Of a stretch of 64,000 nt of DNA, positions 12,198 through 23,845 are shown piece after piece; within the stretch, counting starts at the first letter, position 1, and every line of letters begins with the position of its first letter. The position numbers were made by a program, and so were the translations under genes. The notes beneath the pieces are model-generated. The model searched no databases and was not told the origin of the DNA. It saw nothing but the letters and a program-made list of their open reading frames with translations. Source of the DNA: Ranitomeya imitator (Eukaryota); contig NC_091286.1 of NCBI RefSeq assembly GCF_032444005.1, forward strand, positions 68,200,001 to 68,264,000, read 5' to 3'.

Positions 12198-12956
12198 GGC
12201 TGTGTGCACACGATGCGGATTTAGTGCGGATCCGCAGCGTTTTTTTCCATGCAGAAATGCTGCAGATGCACAAAATGATTTAGGCTATGTGCACATGTTG
12301 CGGATTGGGGTGCAGAATTTTCTGCACAAAATCCGCATCTCTTGGCAGAAAACGCAGGTGCAGATTTGACGCGTTTTTTATGCTGATTTTGCGCATATTT
12401 GATGCGGATTTTGTGCGGATTTCATGCGTTTTTTACCACTGCGGATTTCTATAATGGAAGGGTGCAGAAACGCTGCAGATCCGCACAAAAGTAGTGACAT
12501 GCTACTTCTTTTGTTCCGCAGCATTTTTCATGCGGAATTATCAGCACCTTTAGCACAGCATTTTCCTATTGATTTACACTGTACTGTAAATCACTCTGCG
12601 GATCTGCAGCGTTTCTGCGTGGAGAAAAACGCTGCGGATCCGCACTAAATCCCCATCGTGTGCACAAAGCCTTACAATACAATGTAAATCAATAGGAAAC
12701 AAAAAAAAAAAAAAAGCTTTGCTAATGGTGCAAAAAATTCCGCATGAAAAAAAGCTGCAGTTCAAAATTAGTAGCATGTGACTTGTGCGGATCTGCAGCG
12801 TCTCTGCACCCTTCCATTATAGAAATCCGCAGTGGTAAAAACCGCATGAAATCCACACAAAAAAACAGGTCAAACCTGCACCTGCGTTTTCTGCCAGGAG
12901 ATGCGGATTTTGTGCGGAAAATTCTGCACCCCAATCCGCAACGTGTGCACATTGCC
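12198..12956 (-). mobile_element. Harbinger-type MITE (outer copy), interrupted by a same-family copy
   Basis: TAA TSD (12195-12197, 12957-12959); TIR GGCTGTGTGCACACG/CGTGTGCACATTGCC. Confidence 0.85.
12283..12671 (+). mobile_element. Harbinger-type MITE (inner copy)
   Basis: TTA TSD (12280-12282, 12672-12674); same layout as 9456-9812. Confidence 0.85.
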
Positions 12957-14257
12957 TAACAGTTTGTTATTTTTAAATAAAAATGGAAAAGTGAGTTTTA
13001 TTTCTAATAAAAGACTTTATTCTGGCTGTGTCTTTATTTACAATACAACTACAGGATTAGTAATGGATAGGCATTACTAATCTGTGGGCTTGATGTCACC
13101 TGATTATACAAAAGTGACATCAACCCCACACATCTGAACCCCAATTGCCAATGTGACATGTGCAAGTGGGAAGAGCCGGGCAAAGCACCATAATCGGAGC
13201 ATATAATAGATGTTCCTTCTCTGGCTGGTTGCAGGCCGCTATCTTTAGGCTGGGAAAGGGAGGAGGCGGGTGGAAAGGTGTCAATATGAGTAGCCCCCTC
13301 CCAGCATCATCACCAGCACATCCCAGTGTGTCATCTGTGTGCGGAACGGTTTGTGGCCCGTGCTGACAGTAAAAAAACAACAAAACAAAACAGACATGTC
13401 AGTGTGATTTGCCCATGGACACATGGTGTGTGGAAACACACTGACATGTGCAGAGACCCATTCACTTGAAAGTGTCTACGTGCTTAAGTCTCTCTGGTAC
13501 GTGTGAAAACGGTCACCACACATACCAGAGACACTGACCTGTGAAAGAGGCCTTATGCTGCTCTAGGATGAACATCACAGAAAAAAGTAGCTTTACACCA
13601 GGTCAGATTTACCAATGCACTAGCAGGATGCAGCAGACCCCCATGATAAGGTGGTGGCAGCACAGGTGCAAAATACTGATGCAAACAGCCACTCACACAC
13701 AGGCAGTTCACAGTGTCTAGCTTACAGCCTTTTGAGGACATCAATAGTATTTAGCACTTGACAGTCAGCCTGATCAAAAAAGTGCACCCCACAATTTATC
13801 CACCCAAACACTAAAGGGCCTGGCTGCATCGTGTATAAAATTGGAAAAATGGGCAATAAAAAGAAAAAAATATATAAATTAGGTAACATTGACAAATACC
13901 TAATGCATTTTATATATCATTTCAGATAGATTTAAAGTTGTACATTTTTATGCATATTCCCAAATTTACTGGCAATGAGATAGTATAGTATCTACTCCAG
14001 TGTATTTCTTAAGGCATTTTATTTTTAAAAACTTAACATCCATGACCCAGGTTGCTAAGCAACTACTTTACACATTCTTCTGCTGGAAAAAGATGTGGCT
14101 TTCTTTTATAAATTTCCATTGGGACTTAAATTTATAAAAAAAAATAAAAAAAAACACAGTTCTACTTCACACATACTAAGCAAACGTTCTAGGCAGATGT
14201 GGAAATAAATGCTGCAAAGTACGAATGGTTTTTAAAAAGCAAGTTTATTTGTATTAA

Positions 14258-15217
14258 CCCCTTAATGACCGCCAATACGTCTTTTAACTGACCTGAGATA
14301 TAAGAGAATAGCCTCCCCATACAGGTGACAATCCAGCATCTGTTGGTTGTACACTATAGCTGACAACTTGCTGTACCAGCCACGATCAGTATTTGCACCA
14401 TCTAAATCTGTTTAACCCCTTAGATGCTGCTGTCAATAGTGACTACATCATTATAAATGGTTAACAGAGCGTGGGGGCTTCTTCTTTGTCCCAATTGGTA
14501 CCCTCAGATCATGATTGTGTGGTCCTGATGTTTGCCATGGCAATTCATGGCCAAATAGCGGCCTTAGAGTCTGACGGCTGTAGTAATCTGTTTAGAAGTT
14601 AGAGACATTTAGGTGGTAAAAATACACATTTTCATTTCTGTCATACCACTTTGCATTAATTCCTGTAAAGCACCTGAAGGGTTAATAAACTACCTGACCG
14701 CAGTTTTTGATATGTCAGGGGGTGCTGTTTTTAAAATGGTATCACGTTTGGGGGTTTCCCAATATATGAGACCCCTAAAGTCACTTCAAACATGGATAAG
14801 TCCCTAAAAAAATAAATTTTGTAAATTTCTTTGAAAAAATGAAAAATTGCTGCTACATTTTTAAACCTCCTAAACTGCTAACAAAATAAAATAATATTTT
14901 ACAAATGGTCCTGATGTAAAGCAGACATGTGGGAAATGTTATTTATTAATGGATTGCTGAGGTATGACCATCTGGATTAAAGGGATAATCATTCAAATTT
15001 AGAAAATTGCTAATTTTTTAACATTTTTCTCAAATTTTTGATATTTTTTATAAATAAACACAAAAAATGTTGAACAAAATTTACCATTATCATAAAGTAT
15101 AATGTGTCACGAAAAAACAATCTCAAAATCACTGGGATTTGTTGAAGCGTTGCAGAGTTATTACCACATAAAGTGACACTGGTCAGATTTCAAAAATTTG
15201 GCTCGGTCACTAAGGGG
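14258..15217 (+). mobile_element. Complete 960-bp non-autonomous piggyBac-like element
   Basis: TTAA TSD (14254-14257, 15218-15221); TIR CCCCTTAATGACCG/CGGTCACTAAGGGG; no coding capacity. Confidence 0.85.
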
Positions 15218-15224
15218 TTAAGGC

Positions 15225-16436
15225 TTGTCTGTCTGCTGTCTCTAACATCATGTCCTCCCTCTATCAAACTAAATCTCTCCAAAACTGAACTTCTTGTGTT
15301 TCTCCCTTCTACTAACCTCACTCTACCAAACATCGAAATTACCCTGGAAGGTGAAACCATAACTCCCAAGCAGCATGCCCGCCGTCTTGGGGTCATATTC
15401 GACACCGAACTTTCCTTTACTCCCTATATCCGATCACTCACTCGCTCCTGTCACCTGCATCTTAAAAACATCTCCAGAATCCGACCTTTTCTCACCTTTG
15501 AAACTGCTAAGACTCTTACTGTCGCTCTTATTCATTCTCGTCTGGACTACTGCAACTCTCTTCTGATCGGTCTCCCTCTTTCCAAACTTTCTCCTCTCCA
15601 ATCCATCTTGAATGCGGCAGCCAGGGTCATATTTCTGTCCAACCGCTTCACCGATGCCTCCATCTTGTGCCAGTCATTACACTGGCTACCCATTCGCTAC
15701 AGGGTCCAGTATAAACTCATCTCTCTCACCCACAAAGCTCTCCACAGTTCTGCACCGCCTTATATCTCCTCTCTCATCTCTGTCTATCGCCCTACACATG
15801 CCCTCAGTTCTACAAATGACCCAAGACTAACATCGCCCGTAATCCGAACCTCACACCTCCGTTTCCAAGACTTCTCTCGTGCTGTGCCAGCTCTCTGGAA
15901 TGCACTTCCCCAGACGATCAGACTGATACCTAGCCCCGACCTATTCAAGCGCGCTTTAAAAACCCATCTCTTCAAACAAGCCTACCACATCAACTACTCA
16001 GTAAACTAACTTTGTCCTGTTCCCTCCCTCCAAATATTATCTGCATGTGAATCTGCACCCTACTATTCATCTGTCTCCACACCCTCCATGCACATGATAA
16101 CTGCACTTGATACTTGACCATTGCTCTTAAACACACGGGCTGATGATTGGATCATGCAGCTTTATATGAAAATCCCTATTTATTATAATTGCCAGACCTG
16201 AAATAACAAGCACTTTTCACCTATTGTGTCCCCCCCCATTTCCTTGTAGATTGTAAGCTTGTGAGCAGGGACCTCACCCCTAATATCACTGTTTAAATTG
16301 TCTTAACTTCTACTGAATTTATTGTCTGTACATGTCCCCGCTTAATTGTAAAGTGCTGCGGAATATGTTGGCACTATATAAAAATAATAATAATAATTAT
16401 AATTATTATTATTATTATTATTATTATTATGATTAT
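15225..16436 (+). mobile_element. 5'-truncated L2-clade LINE (ORF2 C-terminus, 3' UTR, hairpin and (TTA/AAT)n tail)
   Basis: ORF 15173-16009 contains KLNLSKTELL, SRLDYCNSLLIGLP, LHWLPIRYRVQYK and FKRALKTHLF. 3' end TGTAAAGTGCTGCGGAATATGTTGGCACTATATAAA plus tail. Confidence 0.92.
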
Positions 16437-17119
16437 GATTAACAAAATGCAAAGTGAAATAAAAAAAAACACTATTTTTGATGGAATTCAGGAAGTAGGT
16501 TGTTCCAAACATCTGGGATAAATAACCGCAGATCTTCTGAGGATTCAGGTTTGTGCAAATTCTGTCTCTGAATGCAATCCCCAAAAGACAATCTTAAGAT
16601 CAGGGCTCTGTTGGTTCCATAGCGTCACTTCCTGGCCTCCTGGTATCCTGAAGATGGACAGCTCCGTGACAAGATTCCATGAAGGATGTTTGTCTGAATT
16701 TCTCAGCACTAAGGACACCATTAACCCCTTCCCGACCTTTGACGCCACGTAGGCGTCATGAAAGTCGGTGCCTATGTGGCGTCATGGAAAGATCGCGTCC
16801 CTGCAGATCGGGTGAAAGGGTTAACTCCCATTTCACCCGATCTGCACGGACAGGGGGAGTGGTAGTTTAGCCCAGGGGGGGTGGCTTCACCCCCTCGTGG
16901 CTACGATCGCTCTGATTGGCATTTGAAAGTGAAACTGCCAATCAGAGCGATTTGTAATATTTCACCTATTATAACGGGTGAAATATTACAATCCAGCCAT
17001 GGCCGATGCTGCAATATCATCGGCCATGGCTGGAAATACTAATGTGCCCCCACCCCACCGATCGCCCCCCCAGCCCCCCGATCTGCCCGGTACACTGCTC
17101 CGGCTCCCCTCTGTCCTGT

Positions 17120-17330
17120 GCTCCGCTCCCCCCCGTGCTCTTGTCCGCTCCCCCCGTGCTCCAATCACCCCCCCTGCACTCCGATCAACCCCCCTCCGTG
17201 CTCCGTTCCACCCCCCGTGCTCCGTTCCACCCCCCCGTGCTCCGTTCCACCCCCCGTGCTCCGTTCCATCCCTCCCGTGCTCCGATTCACCCCCCTGTGC
17301 TCCCCCCCCCCCCTATCATACTTACCGATC
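17120..17330. repeat. C-rich ~19-20-bp minisatellite (CCCCCCGTGCTCCGTTCCA-like)
   Basis: Direct reading of tandem units. Confidence 0.85.
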
Positions 17331-17582
17331 CAGCCGGGGTCCCGTCCGTCTTCTCCCTGGGCGCCGCCATCTTCCAAAATGGCGGGCGCATGCGCAGTGC
17401 GCCCGCCGAATCTGCCGGCCGGCAGATTCGTTCCAAAGTGCATTTTGATCACTGAGATATAATCTATCTCAGTGATCAAAATAAAAAAAATAATACCTGA
17501 CCCCCCCCCCTTTGTCACCCCCATAGGTTGGGACAATAAAAAAAAAAGAATTTATTTTTTTTCCACTAATGTTAGAATAGGG

Positions 17583-17666
17583 TTAGGGCTAGGGTTAGGG
17601 CTAGGGTTAGGGCTAGGGTTAGGGCTAGGGTTAGGGCTAGGGTTAGGGCTAGGGTTAGGGCTAGGG
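17583..17666 (+). repeat. Telomere-like (TTAGGGCTAGGG)7
   Basis: Seven perfect 12-bp units. Confidence 0.97.
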
Positions 17667-17669
17667 TTT

Positions 17670-17990
17670 CGGTATGTGCACACGTATTCTGGTCCTCTGC
17701 GGATTTTTCCGCTGCGGATTTGATAAATCCGCAGTGCTAAACCGCTGCAGATTTACCGCGTTTTTTCTGCGCATTTCACTGCGGTTTTACAACTGCGATT
17801 TTCTATTTGAGCAGTTGTAAAACCGCTGCGGAATCCGCACAAAGAAGTGACATGCTGCGGAATGTAAACCGCTGCGTTTCCGTGCAGTTTTTCCGCAGCG
17901 TGTGTACAGCGATTTTTGTTTCCCATAGGTTTACATTGAACTGTAAACTCATGGGAAACTGCTGCGGATCCGCAGCGTGTGCACATACCT
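17670..17990. mobile_element. Harbinger-type MITE
   Basis: GGTATGTGCACACG...CGTGTGCACATACCT-TTA; left TSD degenerate. Confidence 0.75.
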
Positions 17991-17999
17991 TTAGAATTA

Positions 18000-18367
18000 G
18001 GCCATGTGCACACGGTGCGGATTTGGCTGCGGATCCGCAGTGGATTGGCCGCTGCGGATTCGCAGCAGTGTTCCATCAGGTTTACAGTACCATGTAAACA
18101 TATGGAAACCAAATCCGCTGTGCCCATGGTGCGGAAAATACCGCGCGGAAACGCTGCGTTGTATTTTCCGCAGCATGTCAATTCTTTGTGCGGATTCCGC
18201 AGCGTTTTACACCTGTTCCTCAATAGGAATCCGCAGGTGAAATCCGCACAAAAAACACTGGAAATCCGCGGAAAATCCGCAGGTAAAACGCAGTGCCTTT
18301 TACCCGCGGATTTTTCAAAAATGATGCTGAAAAATCTCACACGAATCCGCAACGTGGGCACATAACC
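18000..18367. mobile_element. Harbinger-type MITE
   Basis: TTA TSD (17997-17999, 18368-18370); TIR GGCCATGTGCACACG/CGTGGGCACATAACC. Confidence 0.85.
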
Positions 18368-18540
18368 TTAGGGTTAGGGTTGGAATTAGGGTTGTGGTTA
18401 GGGGTATGTTGTGGTTAGGGTTGTGATTAGGGTTATGGCTACAGTTGGGATTAGGGTTAGGGATGTGTTGGGGTTAGGGCTGTGATTAGGGTTATGGCTA
18501 CAGTTGGGATTAGGGTTAGGGGTGTGTTGGGGTTAGTGTT
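18368..18540 (+). repeat. Degenerate TTAGGG-derived tract with an internal ~57-bp duplication
   Basis: TTAGGGTTAGGGTTGGAATTAGGG...; the GTGATTAGGGTTATGGCTACAGTTGGGATTAGGG block occurs twice. Confidence 0.85.
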
Positions 18541-18561
18541 GGAGGTAGAATTGAGGGGTTA

Positions 18562-19990
18562 CCACTGTTTAGGCACATCAGGGGTCTCCAAACGCAACAT
18601 GGCGCCACCATTGATTCCAGCCAATCTCGTATTCAAAAAGTCAAATGGTGCTCCCTCACTTCCGAGCCCTGACGTGTGCCCAAACAGTGGTTTACCCCCA
18701 CATATGGGGTATCAGTGTACTCAGGACAAACTGCGCAACAATTACTGGGGTCCAATTTCTCCTGTTACCCTTGAGAAAATAAAAAATGCTTGCTAAAACA
18801 TCATTTTTGAGGAAAGAAAAATGATTTTTTATTTTCACGGCTCTACGTTGTAAACGTCTGTGAAGCACTTGGGGGTTCAAAGTGCTCACCACATATCTAG
18901 ATAAGTTCCTTGGGGGGGTCTAGTTTCCAAAATGGGGTCACTTGTGGGGGGTTTCTACTGTTAAGCCACATCAGGGGCTCTGCAAACGCAACGTGACGCC
19001 CACAGAGCATTCCATCAAAGTCTGCATTTCAAAACGTCACTACTTCACTTCCGAGCCCCGGCATGTGCCCAAACAGTGGTTTACCCCCACATATGGGGTA
19101 TCAGCGTACTCAGGACAAACTGGACAACAACTTTTGGGGTCAAATTTCTCCTGATACCCTTGGGAAAATAAAAAATTGCAGGCTAAAAGATCATTTTTGA
19201 GAAAAAAAATTTTTTTTTATTTTCATGGCTCTGCGTTATAAACTTCTGTGAAGCACCTAGGGGTTTAAAGTGCTCAATATGCATCTAGATAAGTTCCTTG
19301 GGGGGTCTAGTTTCCAAAATGGGGTCACTTGTGGGGGAGCTCCAATGTTTAGGCACACAGGGGCTCTCCAAACGCGACATGGTGTCCGCTAACAATTGGA
19401 GCTAATTTTCCATTCAAAAAGTCAAATGGCGCGCCTTCCCTTCCGAGCCCTGCCGAGTGCCCAAACAGTGGTTTACCCCCACATATGAGGTATCGGCGTA
19501 CTCGGGAGAAATTGCCCAACAAATTTTATGATCCATTTTATCCAATTACCCATGTGAATGAAAAAATTGAGGCGAAAAGAATTTTTTTGTGAAAAAAAAA
19601 GTACTTTTTCATTTTTACAGATCAATTTGTGAAGCACCTGAGGGTTTAAAGTGCTCACTAGGCATCTAAATAAGTTCCTTGGGGGGTCTAGTTTCCAAAA
19701 TGGGGTCACTTGTGGGGGAGCGCCAATGTTTAGGCACACAGGAGCTTTCCAAACACGACATGGTGTCCGCTAAAGAGTGGAGCCAATTTTTGATTCAAAA
19801 AGTCAAATGGCGCTCCTTCCCTTCCAAGCCCTGCCGTGCGCCCAAACAGTGGTTTACCCCCACATATGAGGTATCAGCGTACTCAGGACAAATTGGATAA
19901 CAACTTACGTGGTTCAGTTTCTCCTTTTACCATTGGGAAACTAAAAAAATTGTTGCTAAAAGATAATTTTTGTGACTAAAAAGTTAAATG
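18562..19990 (+). repeat. ~385-bp tandem array (about 3.5 units) inside the piggyBac-like element
   Basis: Unit starts at 18562, 18955, 19342 and 19723 (periods 393, 387, 381). Confidence 0.85.
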
Positions 19991-21018
19991 TTCATTTTTT
20001 CCTTCCATGTTGCTTCTGCTGCTGTGAAGCACCTGAAGGGTTAATAAACTTCTGGAATGTGGTTTTGAGTACCTTGAGGGGTGCAGTTTTTAGAATGGTG
20101 TCACTTTTGGGTATTTTCAGCCATATAGACCCCTCAAACTGACTTCAAATGTGAGGTGGTCCCTAAAAAAAATGGTTTTGTAAATTTCGTTGTAAAAATG
20201 AGAAATCGCTGGTCAAATTTTAACCCTTATAACTTCCTAGCAAAAAAAAATTTTGTTTCCAAAATTGTGCTGATGTAAAGTAAACATGTGGGAAATGTTA
20301 TTTATTAACTATTTTGTGTCACATAACTCTCTGGTTTAACAGAATAAAAATTCAAAATTGCGAAATTTTCAAAATTTTTGCCAAATTTCCGTTTTTATCA
20401 CAAATAAACGCATAATTTATTGACCTAAATTTACCACTAACATGAAGCCCAATATGTCACGAAAAAAACAATCTCAGAACCGCTAGGATTCGTTGAAGCG
20501 TTCCTGAGTTATTACCTCATAAAGGGACACTGGTAAGAATTGCAAAAAACGGCGAGGTCTTTAAGGTCAAAATAGGCTGGGTCATGAAGGGGTTAATGTG
20601 GATCAAATCCCCAACTTAAGTTTGTTGAAATGAAATGAAGCCACAAACTCACACGTAGCCATCACAATGCTTCACTGCCAGAAGGCCTTTAGAGAACAAA
20701 CTGCTTCCTGTTATAACCAAATATTTAAACTTTTAAAAATTTTTTTGTTTGTTTTAAGTCTTTCATGAGGACCAATTCTTGCCAAACTTCTCTAAACAAT
20801 AATTGGATATATCCGAGTCCTAATGGTTACAGCCAGGTCTGAGGTGATGAAAATCTAAAGATGTCCAAGAGTGCCAAGAGAAAAACCATGATGTGCCTTT
20901 AATCTGCCTGTCCACTGATTCTATGGTCTTCATTGGTGCCCACTTCTGTGTGCCTTTACAAAAAAGAGTGTGAAACACGGTTCTTGAAATCCCAGTCTAC
21001 TTTGGAATCTCTGCCTTA

Positions 21019-21816
21019 GGCCGGTTTCACACGTCAGTGTCTCCGGTACGTGAGGTGACAGTTTACTCACGTACCAGAGACACTGACACACGTAGACACA
21101 TAAAAATCAATGCATCTGTTCAGATGTCATTGATTTTTTGCGGACCGTGTCTCCGTGTGCCAAACACGGAGACATGTCAGTGTTCGTGGGAGCGCACGTA
21201 TTACACGGACCCATTAAAGTCAATGGGTCCCTGTAAATTTACGTACTGCACACTGACGTTGTCCGTGTGCAGTGCAGGAGACAGCGCTACATTAAGCGCT
21301 GTCCCCCCCACTGGTGCTGAAGCCGCGATTCATATCTTCCCTGCAGCAGCGTTTGCTGCAGAGAAGATATGAATAAGTGTGTTTAAAATAAAGATCCCCG
21401 CTGTTCTGAAAATACTCACCCGGCTCGCTCCTTCGCCGGCGCCGCTTCCTCTCCCGGCCGCATCTTCTCCTGTATGCGGTCACGTGGGGCCGCTCATTTA
21501 CAGTAATGAATATGCCGCTCCACCTCTCATAGGGAGGGCAGCGCACAGGGGGTGGGAGGGCGGGGGGCACAAAGATCTTTATTTTAAACACTATTATTCA
21601 TATCTTCTCTGCAGCAAACGCTGCTGCAGGGAAGATATGAATCGTGGCTTCAGCACCAGATGTTGGTACGTGTGGTACCTAGCACGGTGCATGTGGTACG
21701 CAGTGGGCACACGGGCGGCACACGTGTGCCACAGAAACATAGGGGCACATGGACACGGATAATTCCGGTACCGATTTTTTCCGGTACTGGAATTATCTGG
21801 ACGTGTGAAACCGGCC
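21019..21816. mobile_element. Complete Harbinger-type MITE (798 bp)
   Basis: TTA TSD (21016-21018, 21817-21819); perfect TIR GGCCGGTTTCACACGTC. Confidence 0.9.
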
Positions 21817-21843
21817 TTAGAGAGGCCTTGCTGATGCAGTATA

Positions 21844-23350
21844 CAGGTGCTTCTCACAAAATTAGAATATCCAAAAGGTAATTCCAGTTTTTCAATACAA
21901 AAAGTGAAACTCATTATATATAGTCATTACAAACAGTGATCTATTTTAAGTGTTTATTTCGGTTTATATTGATAATTATGGCTTACAGCCAATGAAAAGC
22001 CAAAAGTCATTATCTTAGTAAATTAGAATACTTTATAACATGAGCTTGAAAAATTATTTTAAATCCAAAATGTTGGCCTACTGAAATGTATGTTCTGTAA
22101 ATGCACTCAATACTTAGTCAGGGCTCCTTTTGCATGAATTACTGCATCAATGCGGCGAGGCATGGAGGTGATCAGCCCGTGGCACTGCTGAGGTGTTATG
22201 GAAGCCCAGGTTGCTTCGATAGCAGCCTTCAGCTCGTCTGCATTGTTGGGTCTGGTGTCTTATCTTACTCTTTACCATACCCATAGATTCTCTATGGGGT
22301 TAAGGTCAGGCGAGTTTTCTGGCCAATTAAGCACAGTGATACTGTTGTTTTTAAACCGGGCATTGGTACTTTTGGCAGCGTGGACAGGTGCCAAGTCCTG
22401 CTGGAGAATGAAATTTTTTTTCCCCATCTCCAAAAAGCTTGTAGACAGAGGGAAGCATGAAGTGTTCTAAAATGTCCTGGTAGACGGCTGCGCTGACTTG
22501 ATAAAGCACAGTGGACCTACATCTGCACATGGCTCCCCAAACCACTGATTGTGGAAACTTCACACTAGACCTCAAGCAGCTTGGATTGTGGCCTCTGCAC
22601 TCTTCCTCTAGACTCTGGAAACCTGGTTTCCAAATGAAATGAAAAATTTATTTTCATCTGAAAACACCACCTTGGACCACTGAGCAACAGTCCAGTTCTT
22701 TTTCTCTTTGGCCCAGGTAAGATGCTTCTGGCTTTGTCTATTGGTCATGAGTGGCTTGACACCAGGAACGTGACACTTGTAGCCCATGTCCTGGATACAT
22801 CTGTGTGGTAGCTCTTGAAGCAATGACTCCAGCAGCAGTCCACTCCTCGTGAACTCCACCAAATGTTTCAATGGCCTTTTCTTAATCCTTTCAAGGCTGC
22901 AGTTGTTTGTGCATCTTTTTCTACCACCCTTTTTAAATTCCACTCAACTTTCCATTAATATGTTTGGATACACCACTCTTAACAGCCAGCTTCTTCAGCA
23001 ATGATCTTTTGTGGCTTACCCTACTTGTGGAGTGTGTCAGTGACTGCCTTCTGGACATCTGTCAAGCCAGCAGTCTTCCCCATGATTGTGGAGCCTACTG
23101 AAAAAGACTAAAGGAACCTTTTTAAATTCTTAGGAAGCCTTTGCATGTTTTTTTGTTAATTATTCAAATTTACTGAGATAATGACTTTTGGGTCTTTATT
23201 GGCTGTAAGCCGTAATTATCAACATTAACAGAAATAAACACTTGAAATAGATCACTGCTTGTAGTGACTATATAATACGAGTTTCACTTTTTGTATTGAA
23301 GAACTGAAAAATTCTTTTTGATGAGATTCTACTTTTGTAAGAAGCACCTG
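21844..23350 (-). mobile_element. Tc1-family transposon fossil with long TIRs and a decayed transposase
   Basis: TA TSD; TIR CAGGTGCTTCT(C)ACAAAA. Fragments WSKVVFSDENKF, KFPQSVVWGAM and VYQDILEHFMLP are in broken frames. Confidence 0.92.
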
Positions 23351-23354
23351 TAAC

Positions 23355-23845
23355 TACCTTATATCTAACAGCTGTGCTCAGACTTGCCATTGGAGCACAG
23401 CGGCCGGAAAGCAGAGCGGTGACGTCACAGCTCTGCTTTCCGGCTGACCGACGCTCACAGCCAGTGCAGGAGGAGTGCAGAGAAGCAGGGCGCCGGGGAC
23501 AGACAGCGGTAGGTAAGTATGTAGTGTTTGTTTTTTTAACGTTTACGCTGGTAACCAGGGTAAACATCGGGTTACTAAGCACGGCCCTGCGCTTAGTAAC
23601 CCGATGTTTACCCTGGTTACCAGTGAAGACATCGCTGGATCGGTGTCACACATGCCGATCCAGCGATGTCCACGGGAGATCCAGCGACTTAATAAAGTTC
23701 TGCACTTTCTTCAACGACCAACGATCTCCCAGCAGGGGCCTGATCGTTGGTCGCTGTCACACAGAACGATTTCCTTAACAATATCGTTGCTACGTCACAA
23801 AAAGCAACTATATCGTTAACGATATCGTTATGTGTGACGGTACTT
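23355..23845. mobile_element. Right half of a Harbinger-type MITE (GGTACCGTCACAC family)
   Basis: Ends GTGTGACGGTAC before TTA; internal palindrome GGTAACCAGGGTAAACATCGGGTTACTAAG...CTTAGTAACCCGATGTTTACCCTGGTTACC. Confidence 0.7.

Larger units (their letters stand above)
11535..13552 (-). mobile_element. Harbinger-type element (GGCCGGTTTCACACG family) hosting the nested MITE pair
   Basis: 11560-11660 and 13390-13552 are reverse complements of the two ends of 21019-21816. The right end is GTGAAAGAGGCC-TTA. Confidence 0.55.
16725..20592 (+). mobile_element. Complete 3.87-kb non-autonomous piggyBac-like element
   Basis: TTAA TSD (16721-16724, 20593-20596); TIR CCCCTTCCCGACC/GGTCATGAAGGGG. Contains a GC-rich minisatellite, telomere-like tracts, MITEs and ~385-bp tandem units. 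Confidence 0.88.

Noticed and set aside
13968-14015. Minus-strand CTGGAGTAGATACTATA resembling MACROD2 exon 3 (LEVDAI)
   Set aside because: Frame broken, no GDIT upstream and no donor site; likely chance.
17583-17666. True telomere or chromosome-fusion scar
   Set aside because: Short, single orientation, and enclosed in a TSD-bounded element whose relatives show the same remnants.
17472-17723. ORF with a (GL)n repeat
   Set aside because: It is the translation of the TTAGGG/CTAGGG tract inside a transposon, not a gene.
17753-18365. Overlapping 100-200-aa ORFs on both strands (similar ones at 4691-5143, 12424-12959, 21037-21914)
   Set aside because: They arise from GC-rich palindromic MITEs; no protein motifs or splice structure.
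16654-20640. Short ORF MDSSVTRFHEGCLSEFLSTKDTINVDQIPNLSFVEMK formed when the 16725-20592 element is removed
   Set aside because: Only 37 codons, no recognisable homology, and antisense to the host gene.
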